From Eledone cirrhosa (Eukaryota), in assembly GCA_964016885.1 (NCBI GenBank), contig OZ024742.1:299832001-299896000 (forward strand): a stretch of DNA of 64,000 nucleotides, written 5' to 3'. This document shows positions 1 through 12,210 of the stretch, piece after piece (position 1 is the stretch's first letter; the number at the start of each line of letters is the position of its first letter). Below the pieces are notes generated by a model. It saw only the letters and a program-made list of their open reading frames with translations, was not told where the DNA came from and made no database searches. The translations under genes were made by a program, and so were the position numbers.

Positions 1-209
1 CTGTTGCCTCACCATTTTGTTTGTTTACCCTCGCGTCCTCTTTATTTACGTGTCCCAACGACTTTTTTTAGCCGTTGCTCGCACCAACCGGAGGTATATG
101 GTCTTTAAAGCGATGAAATGCCTATGATAGTTGGAAGATCACTGATGAAGGACAAACTTTTTTCATATGTAACCCATTTGCAACTCCGCAGCGCCCTTAT
201 TATCATATT

Positions 210-396
<187 letters not shown>

Positions 397-573
397 GCGT
401 ATATATATACAAATAAAATATAGAGTTATTAACTCATATAGGTACCCTGCAATTAAAACAAGCTCAAAGTTTAAATACCGAACATTGTATAGTAATATAT
501 ATGTATAAATAAACACAGTAAATCTCGTGTCTAAAATTACGAGAGTATAAGATACGACTAATGTTTTAATATA

Positions 574-664
<91 letters not shown>

Positions 665-769
665 TATATATATATCATGTATAAACATTCATATATATAT
701 TAATATATATTTACATACATATATATGGATCCCGTGTCCGCGAATCGCCAGGAATCTTAGCCGAGAATG

Positions 770-851
770 ACTCTCTGATGAAGAAAGGATTCTCCATGGT
801 CTCCATTTGGAGACTATGTATATCCCCTTTCAGAAACTAATTAGTTAGAGT
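770..851 (+). ncRNA. Type I hammerhead ribozyme motif
   Basis: actct-CTGATGA-(gaaagg..cctttc stem II)-GAAA-ctaattag-TT-agagt. Confidence 0.7.
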
Positions 852-907
852 GAAATTTAAGTTAATTACTATAATTAAGTTAATTACTATAATTTTCCTA
901 TTTTACG

Positions 908-995
<88 letters not shown>

Positions 996-1085
996 TGGAA
1001 ACAGAAAAGGTCATAGAAATGAAGAGTGCTCTATGTAAGTTAATTACTATAATTAAGTTAATTACTATAATTTTCCTATTTTACG

Positions 1086-1131
<46 letters not shown>

Positions 1132-1559
1132 TGGAAACAGAAAAGGTCATAGAAATGAAGAGTGCTCTATGTAAGTATCAGAGCAAAATTTAATGTATAA
1201 AAATCAATACAATATAATTACCTCATTACCAGAGGTTACCCGAATGAGGCGAATACGAAATAAACGACTTCATTCGTTCGTCAGACGAGGCAATATAATA
1301 TATAAAGGATTATGAGTTCATTCAATTGACTTATGTTTCGTTACTATTATAACTCCGGAACTTATATCTTCATTGAGTGCTCCCTATCCGCATACTGAAG
1401 TACTGGATTTTACCAACACTTCGTGCTTACCCCATACTCCACACCTTGTTGAGCGCTTCATACAGTAGCGGACCGCAGCCAATATGAATAAACTCACCAC
1501 TCTGGCATCACTGAAGGACATCCCATTACCGGGTAAACGCGGTACATGTGCAGGGGCTT

Positions 1560-1991
1560 AAGAAATCATGCAATTGCAGAGAGCCATCACTATTCCCCCT
1601 TAATAATGAATGCACGACGAAAAACGTAGTCTACAGGTGCAAGGTCACAACCTCTAACTCAGAGCACCACTACATAGGATCCACGGCGACGAGCTTCTAA
1701 GATAGGTGGTATAACCATCGCCATTCCTTTAACAGAATAGAAAAGAGGAAATGTACGGCCCTCTCTGAATTGATCTGGAAGCTCAAACTTGAAAAGACCC
1801 CGCACTCTCTGGTCTGGTCCGAGGTTAGAAAGGCTCCCCCAGACAGAAGTGGGTCTGGTATTTGCAACCTCTGTCTTAGTGAGACACTCGAGATACTTCA
1901 TGGCGGAACCAAGCTATTAAACAGAAGGGCTGACTTATTCGGTGCCTGCAGACACCTAAAGACAGGAACTTTCCTCAAGCTATGTGGATAA
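1560..1991 (+). pseudogene. PLE GIY-YIG endonuclease fragment
   Basis: CNC..PLNNEC..NVVYRCKV..HYIGSTATSF*DRWYNHRHSF..TALSELIWKLK..CNLCLSE..LLNRR..CRH; in-frame stop at 1698-1700. Confidence 0.85.
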
Positions 1992-3123
1992 ACCCCGGTT
2001 ATGGCCTCCCACAACGCCCCCCGCCCCTCCCCTGTAGGTCCCCTACATCCCGTACCAATGACCAATGGGCAACAACACCCACCCTACAGTGGATTGTCCA
2101 CCGGATCCTCTACTGGTTAGGAGTCAGCAAAACACGTTTATTGAACCTGAGAAACCCCCTCCCCCCCGGGAGTGGCCCATACAGGAAGGACAATTATCCT
2201 AAGGTACTAACCCTATACGCATGAATGAGTGCGTTGTGTGTGTATACTAGGATTACGTGAATGCACACACTTATGTGAAAGCAACGAAATACTAATACCC
2301 CAGGTTGCATTTGAAAAAGGTTCGAGTGTATGCTTAAGAGTATATTTGTATATGCTCTCTTGTATGAGTGCACATGTCTATATAGACATACACAGGCATC
2401 CAGAGGTATAAAAGTGTGGGTGGGTGCGTGTACTTATATATGTCTGTACTAAGGGATTCGCCTAAGATCCAAAGCTCCAAAGCTATTGCTGTGAAGATAT
2501 ATATCACACTCTACTTATGTCTAGTCTAAACAATAACTTTTCCAAACACCCACTTTACTTTTCTTTAAAAATAACATCCACCTCGTTTTATGTCTGCCTT
2601 ATACTTGGATTTGAGGGCCTCTGTTGTATATATATATGCACTTGTGCGTACATACGTATATATACACACCTGTATGGATTTGTGTTTGTAGATGTGTGTG
2701 TGTGTGTCTGTGGGGGTAGGTGTGAGTGTATGTACAAGTCAACCAACATAAGTCTTTTTATTTGTAAACTTTCAAGTATTCGACTCTAACCATAATTTTC
2801 AGTAGTACCACCCCACATAAATTCCTCAATTTAAGAATGACCTGTAGTATCGAATTTCATACTATAAACCTCAATTGAATATATATCTGACCAGGAATGC
2901 TTTTTGTGAAAATCAGTCATCTTGCCTGACGGTTTGAACTTTACAATACCACCTGCCTCTTTGAGGTCAAATACAAACCCTACTAGCATCTACAAACTGA
3001 CCAATGAGAATTAAAATTATTCCTGCTGACAACATTAAATTATCCCTAACAAGCTCATATGTCCCAAGGCTCTGATACTATCAACACCATAACCACAGAG
3101 CTGGCATATCTAAGAACTGACTA

Positions 3124-3179
3124 ACTGCCTGATGAGGTGATAGCCATTCAATGGGTATCATCGAAATATATATAGCAGT
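3124..3179 (+). ncRNA. Type I hammerhead ribozyme motif (PLE pLTR)
   Basis: actgc-CTGATGA-ggtgatagccatt/aatgggtatcatc-GAAA-tatata-TA-gcagt, then AATAAA. Confidence 0.8.
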
Positions 3180-3302
3180 AAATAAAGGATCATGAGTTCA
3201 TACAATTGACTTCTGTTTCGTCCCTATATATATATATGTGTGTGGATGAAGTAATTCCGTCGGAATTATATATATAAATATTAATATATATATATATATG
3301 TA

Positions 3303-3373
<71 letters not shown>

Positions 3374-3457
3374 TAATATATATTAATATATATATTAATA
3401 TATATATATATGAATGTATTTATTAATATATATATATATACATACATATATATATAT

Positions 3458-3530
<73 letters not shown>

Positions 3531-4259
3531 TACTTGGGGAGGGTCATATTTGTGTAATATTGCCAGAATTAATAACAGAACACACTCACTGTTTGGTTGG
3601 TTTTCGCTTTTCTGTGTCTTTTATATCGGCAATTTAATTTATTCGGTCCTCAATGTTGCCATTGACTGACCAACGGTCAAAAATAATACAGATACAATAT
3701 AGACACAAACACATATATATAGTTTATCAAAGTTCTTTCGTTGCACATCTGCAACATCGTCAGTGGTGCTATTGTTTCCTCCCGTTACATTGTATGACTA
3801 CGCCATCTTTATTTAGTCTGTTTATATATTTATTTATTTATTTGTTTGTTTGTTTATTTTATTTTGTCTTCTTTGCGCATGCGTTTGCGTGTGTGTATAG
3901 TGTTTTGTTTGATGTGTGTTCGTGATTGGGTGACTGTGTATTGGTTAATGTATTCCATGTTTACTAGTGTGTGTTTATATGTGTTTGTTGTTATTGTGCT
4001 TGTGTATTTATTTATTTATTTATTTATCTATTTATTTATTTATTTATACTTCTCTTAAGTCAGTGTTGTTTGTTTGGGTGTTGTTGTTATTCCATTCATT
4101 CTTTCTGTTTAGTCTTGGCCTTCTAAGTTCTATTTCACTGGCCTCTCTGATTTGCCTATCTGCTGGGTCATTTCTATGTTTAGATATTATATATATCTAT
4201 GTTTATTTCTATGTTTTATTTCTATGTTTATGTATATATATACATATATATATATATAT

Positions 4260-4832
4260 AAAATCAAGGGAAAGCAAATAAAGAAAAAATTTTTAAATAA
4301 ATTTCAAAAAATTCACTGTACTTACTATATGTGCCTTTACCGCGGTTTCAGATCCCAAAACAAATAGATAATCCAAGCGGATTTCCATTGAGAAAGAGAT
4401 CATCGTCAGAAGGCTTTTTTCTCTCGGAGAATATAAGATTCTCGAGTTCAAAATACAAACTGGCGCCATACAAAACTGCCCCAACAAATGAATGATGAAA
4501 CAATTTTGTCTAGTACCATGTGCAAATACTGAAAGCAAGGTGGATAGGTCAATCTCTCGCTACTAAAAATAGCAGCTGTTCAAATGACCAAAGGTTTCTC
4601 TACTGTTGGGGAGAATAATAATAAAAGTATCTGAAACCGCGGTAAAGGCACATATGGTAAGTACAGTGAATTTTTTGAAATTTATTTTAAATTTTTTTCT
4701 TTATTTGCTTTCCCTTGATTTTATATGTTCTGGCTTGTTAATTTGTTAACTTACCATTGAACTACACTTGCATACGGTCGGACTATACTTGTATCCCTAT
4801 GTGTATTATTTACATGTAGGAACACATACTTT

Positions 4833-4835
<3 letters not shown>
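4260..4835. mobile_element. Non-coding inverted-repeat module between TA tracts (PLE pLTR remnant)
   Basis: About 95-bp inverted repeat at 4260-4352 / 4629-4725 containing GAAA-ccgcgg-TA (3' half of a hammerhead). Confidence 0.6.
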
Positions 4836-4919
<84 letters not shown>

Positions 4920-4930
4920 AAAAAGTATGA

Positions 4931-5024
4931 CCCCGACGGCAGAGCTCAAGCCGTTTCGACGGCTATTTCTGGACTAAATTAGAACTTTTAGTCTGGTGAA
5001 TAAATAGCCGAACTTGTCAAGGGG
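4931..5024 (-). ncRNA. Hammerhead variant with U3-A8 core
   Basis: Reverse complement: cccc-TTGACAA-(cggctattt..aaatagccg)-GAAA-cggc..gccg-TC-gggg. Confidence 0.65.
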
Positions 5025-5697
5025 GTACTTCCTTATATGGGAAGATTGTAGTTGTCAAGAGGATTGGTTAAAATTTTTTGTAAACACAAATAAGTCTATC
5101 GTGGCATTTGGTGGGAGGTAGGAGTGGCTGAACTTGCCTGTAGAACAATAGGGGTGTGAGTGAAGCGGTCAAGCGTTGAAAGTGATATATATACAGCAGA
5201 TTCTAAGGATAGTGTATGAAGTGGGGGAGGGAGGTTATAGAATAGGTAAATCGAATGAGAGTAGGGGACAATAAAAGATAATAGAAAGAAATAAAATAAT
5301 ATATAAAATTAGATAGTGAAAAAATGAATTTAAAAAAAATCACAATGCTATCTTACAATAACAGGTTAATAAGTTGAGAATAGAAAAAACTGAATAGAAA
5401 AAACTGATACAAAATTAAAGGGGTTTAACACATCTGCTATAAGTAGTTAGTAAAACGTATTCGGCCAATTCTATCTTAAAATTACAGGAGTGGGGGAACT
5501 GATGCTACAGAGGCCCGATGGGCTGAATCGGGGTAGGCAAAATGGGAAAGCAGACGAGGAAGAAAATAGGGGTGGAAGGAAGTGATAGGATGAGACAGGG
5601 GGAAGATGACAAAGAGGAAAAGAAAAGAGATACATATACCTATGTAAGCTGGGGTTTCCCTTAACTTATTCGGCAAGTGGGGGGTATCATCCCTTGT

Positions 5698-6490
5698 CTA
5701 CCCACCCGGTTCGTTATGGGATTTGAGGGCGAGGTAAGTCCTACGCAATCTGTGTTTGCATGCGGTTACCAGTTCGTCTTTCTTGTTTAGGAGTTGGTCC
5801 TTCAAAAACAGCATTTGTAATGTTTCCTCCGAGCATAAGTTACACGGACGACGTCCTCCCGTGTAAGAGTTAACTCTGGACAGTAAGCTCCAAGTGAGAT
5901 TGTAGGTTATATTATTATCTTGGAGGTCCCAGATGTAGCCCGAAAGTGTAGTGGCATGTCGCCGGACCGGGTTTCGAAATGTAAGTCGGTGTTGGTAGAG
6001 CCGGGTCTTGAAGTCACACGCGGTTAATCCTATATAAGCTTTGTTGGAGGTGTCCGTCCTCACGTTGCACTGGTAGATCATGCTACGTTCTCGGCATTTG
6101 TTGTTGAGAGTGCATGCAGATCTATCAGGGCAGTTACACCTCCTGGTCGGCTCTCCACTGATGTCTAGGTTATTTTTTCCATAGGGGTTGAGATTTTGTT
6201 GTTTGAGGAGACGATGTTTTGTGCGAAGTTAGGTGTGGTGCTGTAGGAGAGTTTGATGGTGTTTTTGTTGATTATGTTGTGGTAGCGGTGTTGTAGTGGG
6301 AAGTGTTTTTCGAGGTGTCTAAAGAATATTTTCCCGATAGGTGTTGTCACCTCGGCATTGAGGGGAGGATTGAACCACGTTACGTTGCGTGAGTGGTGGT
6401 GTCGCCTGCTGGTTCCGCTAAGGGAAGCTGGATAAAAGGATATTTCCTCCCGGAAGCCACTCCGCTTGAGGGCCTGGTTGTAATGGGCGC
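5698..6490 (-). pseudogene. PLE linker plus GIY-YIG endonuclease (Naiad-like), disrupted
   Basis: YNQAL..SG, VTWFNPP, KHFP..H, IKLSYS, CNC, IYQC..AYIGLT..FKTRLYQH..LSGYIWDL..CNLCSEE..LLNKK..CKH. Confidence 0.88.
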
Positions 6491-6547
6491 GTGTTCATAT
6501 ACATATATAATATATAATCATATATAATCTTCCCATATAAGGAGGTA

Positions 6548-6640
6548 CCCCTTGACAAGTTCGGCTATTTATTCACCAGGCTAAAAATTCTAATTTAGTC
6601 CAGAAATATCCGTCGAAACGGCTTGAGATCTGCCGTTGGG
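6548..6640 (+). ncRNA. Second copy of the U3-A8 hammerhead variant
   Basis: cccc-TTGACAA-..-GAAA-cggc..gccg-TT-ggg. Confidence 0.55.
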
Positions 6641-6733
6641 ATCTTACTTTTTCCTATTTCCCACTCTACTACTCTAAGTATTGAGTACTCAGGTGCGTTA
6701 TGGTCCATCTGGTTACTTACCACAATTCCTTTG

Positions 6734-6796
<63 letters not shown>

Positions 6797-6887
6797 CTCT
6801 AACAATATAAATAATGTATTATATATATATGTGTATATATATATATACATATATATATGTATATATATATATATGTGTGTGTGTGTA

Positions 6888-6942
<55 letters not shown>

Positions 6943-7186
6943 GGTGGTGGTGTTGGATGCTTAAAGCGTCCGTATGCGGTAGGCTGTATGAGCACTCGAT
7001 GCCCTCATAGAGCAGAGTATGATATCACAGGAAAATATGCTTCGTAGAATCGAGACGTATCCGACGACCGCGCGACTTCAGAGTCAGGTTTGATCACCAC
7101 ATCGATTGTGCCTCGAGCTGGTCGCCCGAGAAATAATTGTAATATGTCCAATAAATTCCTTTCGTCGCGACATTGATTCTCTTTTT

Positions 7187-7247
<61 letters not shown>

Positions 7248-7386
7248 ATACATTATATATATTGTTAGAGAGTCAATAATATATGGTGGCAACAATTAAA
7301 AACATACCATTTAGCCTACAGTATAAGGCCGATTACAAAGCTATTAGTATTACATGATTTCTATATATAAAACACACATATATACA

Positions 7387-7417
<31 letters not shown>

Positions 7418-7465
7418 ACATACATACATATATACATATGTGCATATATACATACATCTCTTTTT

Positions 7466-7537
<72 letters not shown>

Positions 7538-7607
7538 TTCAACAGCATTCTAATAAATATTGCCTATACAGATAAAAAAGTGTGTAAACATTTTTTGGGA
7601 CACTCTG

Positions 7608-7661
<54 letters not shown>

Positions 7662-7662
<1 letters not shown>

Positions 7663-7770
7663 TGATGAAGCCACATACGCCGATTGTGCATTATTGCATA
7701 ATAAATGCAGACAAATGATTATGTACGTTCTCCTGCTGCATTAAGTGTGGCCGAAACTCGAGTACGGGTA
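7662..7770 (+). ncRNA. Hammerhead motif, 5' strand of stem I replaced by (TA)n
   Basis: CTGATGA-gccacat..gtgtggc-GAAA-ctcgag-TA. Confidence 0.6.
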
Positions 7771-8057
7771 TAAATTTATGGTACCCATTTACTTGTGCTG
7801 TATTGAGGCAAATAACTTTGTGTCTACTCTGGCATTTTTACATAATCGTACCTATTGAGTACGCTGAGATGCAGTCGGTACTTGCAGGGAAACCCTATGC
7901 TTGTCCCGTCAATTTCTTATATATATATATAAACCACTTCCGAGGACAATTTGTTTCGAAAAGGGTTTACTAACTGTTGTGGTACTACTTCTACCAAACT
8001 CGTCCCCAGGACTGAGTGCTCTACTACTGCAGATATAACCCACCAGTGTCCTGCCAC

Positions 8058-8150
<93 letters not shown>

Positions 8151-8305
8151 GCTACAACAGAAAGACAAGGACATATCTTCAGTCCACACCGAAACTCTTG
8201 GTAATCCCGTTGCTTTTGTCAGTCAACGACACATAACCGCATGAATATATAATTACCTGAGGCCTTCATAAGCGACAAAATATATACATATATATACATA
8301 CAGGT

Positions 8306-8353
<48 letters not shown>

Positions 8354-8760
8354 ATGGCAAATTGGCGATATTGTACAGTGGAGGATGGGAAATAGAATAT
8401 GTAACTTCAAACTGTTTACAAAGAAGTAAGAATTGCTAGAGGGCTCCAACTAGTAGACGATAATAATGAACGTGTAAAAGTGTAGCGAAATAGTACATAA
8501 GTGAACAAATATCTCGCAGTTATACTGAGAATTATTTTATTATGCAAACGAATTAACGAGGGCTCAATAAGAACGCAAAGAATAAAGCTTAGAGCTATTA
8601 ATTAGCTGGAACAGAGAAACACTCAAAATCAACATCGAGTAATTTAGAAATAATATATATATATGGGGGGGGGGTAAAAGGTAAAGAGAAATAAGAACAC
8701 AATCGGTTCAGTATATGGAAGGAATATATTAGGTTAACGCTTGAAATAGCAGGAAGTGGG

Positions 8761-8797
8761 TCTTTAACGTTTCGGACGCTAGTCCTTCATCAGAAGA
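8761..8797 (-). ncRNA. Minimal hammerhead motif
   Basis: Reverse complement: tctt-CTGATGA-aggactagcgtcc-GAAA-cg-TT-aaaga. Confidence 0.6.
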
Positions 8798-9152
8798 AAG
8801 AATGATAAATAAGATAGATTGAAAGATTGAAGGGATGGGTTGGTTGGAATTAGAAAAAATGTCTTTAGATAAAAATAACAGGTCCATTCATGTTGACATC
8901 TCTTGGAAAACTGTTGATGCTGGCGTTTTGTGCATGATTCGTTTTTTTAGAAAAGTGGATGATGGAGTGTGTCTACCTGAAATGGAAAAAAAAACGTTTT
9001 AGAAAAAGAGTTATACTTGTGCGCGTGCGTATGCATGTGTGTGTGTGTTATTATACGTCCGTACGAAGCTAAGAAGAAATGTGTGTGTATATGTAAGTAA
9101 AAGAGTGTGTGTGTGCTTGTAAGTACGAAACTATGAGTATATATATATATAA

Positions 9153-9215
<63 letters not shown>

Positions 9216-9552
9216 CGTGTGTGCGTGTGTGTGTGAGCATGTGGCTGTGTGATTTTGTGTCTGCATGCGTGAACCTAATAAACCCTTATTTGTCTGCCTC
9301 TCTGTTTCGTTCCCGTCCAAATTTGCACTATATATATAGACCCTCCATTTCAACTCTACTTTTGAAAAGCAGAAGAACTGCGAAACCGGTAAAGGAACCA
9401 AATAAATATATATATTTTTTTTTAAATAAGACTCCAGTTGCATTTTCGATTTCATCTTTTTTTCTTTATACTTTCACTCGTGTAGGACACCGGTTATTTT
9501 TCATTCTGTAAAAAAAACAAAAAAAACCTCACTTTCTAATAATAATAATATA

Positions 9553-9600
<48 letters not shown>

Positions 9601-9639
9601 TAGATAGATAGATAGATATATAGATAGATAGATATTTCT

Positions 9640-9962
9640 AGGGCGGGTAAAATTCCCGAGATCCATGGACAAGTTCTCTCCAGCGGTCTCTGTCCCTCAT
9701 TATCGCTGCCATGTCCTGTGTCTCCAACAGACCAGTGTCTCTCCTTAGCGCATCAACATACGTTAACCTTGGTCTTCCTCTTCCAGTATGTCCATGTCAG
9801 GGCTCCCACAGGAGCACTGAGTGCAATGTCAACTCTGGATGTCGGTGAGCATGTCCAGCTAACCTCAGTCTTCTCTGTCAATTCTGAGCTGACTTTTGGG
9901 AGGCTCCCATACAGCTCTCAGTTTTTCATCCTCAGTGTATACTGATTAATGTTCAGAGCCAT
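9640..9962 (-). mobile_element. Non-LTR retrotransposon 3' coding fragment
   Basis: Reverse translation RRLRLAGHAHRHPELTLHSVLLWEP*HGHTGRGRPRLTYVDALRRDTG..MRDRDRWREL. Confidence 0.7.
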
Positions 9963-10529
9963 ATATCAGCGGCGAAGGGAAGGCAGGGCATGCAAACCAA
10001 TCGCCATGGCGAAGAGTATAGCTGTGGAGCTTCTCCCTCCCCCACCGGAAAATTATTCGTTGGCACACCAAACCGCCGTCCACCATGTGAAAAAATGCGC
10101 TTCTATCAACAATCCACACTTTGAGCTTGATACTCTCACCACTAGACTTGAAGTCACACCGTTAGTAACGCACTGGTGACAGGCCTGCCATAGTAAAACC
10201 TACAAATAATGAAATTGTAACAGCTATACAATTAATTGTTTCTATTTTTGGCACAAGGCCAGCAATTACCCAGTACATTACTAGTACTTTATTTTATCGA
10301 CCCCGTAAGGATGAAAGGCAAAGTTAACCTCGGCGGGATTTGAATAAATAATGAATGAATATTACATAATTTATCTACTATATTTCGATAATCTTGATTA
10401 AATATATATAATATTTTGCTTATTTTAAGATTCACTTCTTAAAGAAACGTAACTCTATGCTTCAAAGCATAGTGTCCGACTCTCTACCGATACTGCCAAT
10501 CCACCACAGCTATACAATTAATGATATCG

Positions 10530-11181
10530 TTTTAGATACCACCTGAAAGTCCATAAAATGTGCAGTTAGTATTTTCCTTCGCGAAATCTAAATGCTATCT
10601 TAAACAATCATCATATTCCGTTACTGCTTCACATATAGCTAGAAAATTATCCTTATTGTTTGATCCTTCTATCTCATCATGTCCTCGAAATGGTAATTCT
10701 TGACAGGCCAAAATTTCAATACAATGAATTAACCTTTTCAATATATCACGATTTATCTCGACTGATCTATTATGCAACTGAATCGAAGCTGCTTTGCAGT
10801 GATCGATCGCTGTATCAAAGGTTTTCAGAGCAATTACGGAATTCAGATAGTTGTGAGATTGTTTTGTGTCTTGTCAAATCTGTAATCAAATTTTTCAAAT
10901 CTCAATAGCCGATAATGATCTGTGTTCTTATGTTAACAAAATAACAGACATGAGAAACAGAACAATTTATTCAGAATGGGACATCCCATCATCAACTCAT
11001 ACTGTTCATAATACTTGGAATTAAAATAACGATAACATTCCTTGCCGCCCGCTTTGGTTTTGGTCTTCAGTTCAAGCTTCGGTTTCTCTCTTACGAGAAT
11101 GATAATATTCTCTTCAAAGCTTCTTGTTGCAAAAGATCGGGAAAGCAGAGAGGAAACTGAGCTAATTGACTCTTTTGCCAT
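10530..11181 (-). mobile_element. hAT (ZMYM1/DUF4371-type) transposase N-terminal remnant
   Basis: TTF-like zinc finger RYFNSKYYEQY..LFCFSCLLF; LACQELPFRGHDE..SNNKDNFL; disrupted. Confidence 0.75.
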
Positions 11182-11999
11182 CTTGTAGGTGAATGAAAAC
11201 GTGAAAAATGTTACTGGGATATAATTATTTTAAAGAATCGAAGATTTATTCGAACAAAAAGCAGGTGTGAGTTTACTATTTTTACGTAACCTTTTCTTTT
11301 ATAATTTGAAATATTTAAGATAAAATATTAAAGCATTGAAATAAATGAATAGATGAAAACTTTACGTTTTTAATCACAAAAATAAACTTTGTCGACTACA
11401 CATTTTCGTTCCAAGTGTGAAATGATCAAAACGAAAATTCTGGGTAGTAGTCACATCACTGAATACGAGTCTTAAAACAGTAAAAAGGGAACTGTTGATG
11501 TACAGAAAGGTCTCTAAACGTTCCGTATATATTCTACAGCACCGAATAACCGTACGAAATAAACCAGAATCAGTAATGATTGTAAATCTGTCCGAAAATG
11601 CAAGTCTTTTATCTCAGCCGCAAGAGGCAATAAAATCATCGATTCGCTTTGACTGGTAGGCATGCAAAATATATTCGGCTTTTGACTTTCTCGTTTTGAC
11701 TACTTCTCATTCACCTGTCTTGCTCCCTGCTCGATAGGAAAAAGACTAATATATTAGTTTTGTTATTTTTCTTATGGAAGGCAAGCAATATAAAAATTAA
11801 ATGCCAATAACCTACCTCCCATTCCTTTCTTCAAAGGTAGAAAGAGGAAGCAATTAATCCAATACTTCTCGCTCAGCAAGGAAATTTTTCTGCTTAGAGA
11901 TTTTGTTTATAAATTATCCTAAGAAATGAAGGAACGAAAAATACAAAAGAAAATATCACGAGTACAATAAGGATAGTGAAAATTATTAATAATCAATTT

Positions 12000-12094
<95 letters not shown>

Positions 12095-12167
12095 GCTCTA
12101 TTGTCACAACACATAAAAACAAGATAGTGTAGGACAGAACAAAGGAGAGACACAAAATAACAAATTA

Positions 12168-12210
12168 GTCACTGATGAGGTCACAGAGTGTGTAATGAAA
12201 GAGCTTTGAC
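12168..12210 (+). ncRNA. Minimal hammerhead motif (weak stem II)
   Basis: gtca-CTGATGA-..-GAAA-gagc-TT-tgac, then AATAAA. Confidence 0.5.

Larger units (their letters stand above)
1200..3225 (+). mobile_element. 5'-truncated Penelope-like element (Naiad-like) between (TA)n tracts
   Basis: GIY-YIG remnant at 1560-1991, hammerhead plus AATAAA at the 3' end, and a short direct repeat (aaggatYatgagttcatWcaattgacttMtgtttcg) at ~1306-1340 and ~3185-3220. Confidence 0.8.
4918..6735 (-). mobile_element. 5'-truncated Penelope-like element with inverted pLTRs, inserted in (TA)n
   Basis: About 130-bp inverted repeats at ~4920-5050 and ~6526-6655 enclose a linker plus GIY-YIG coding remnant. Confidence 0.88.

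Noticed and set aside
850-1175. Tandem duplication of a TA-containing block
   Set aside because: Simple local duplication or assembly slippage around a microsatellite.
2000-3120. Possible SECIS in the PLE 3' UTR
   Set aside because: No convincing AUGA/GA kink-turn hairpin found by eye; needs SECISearch.
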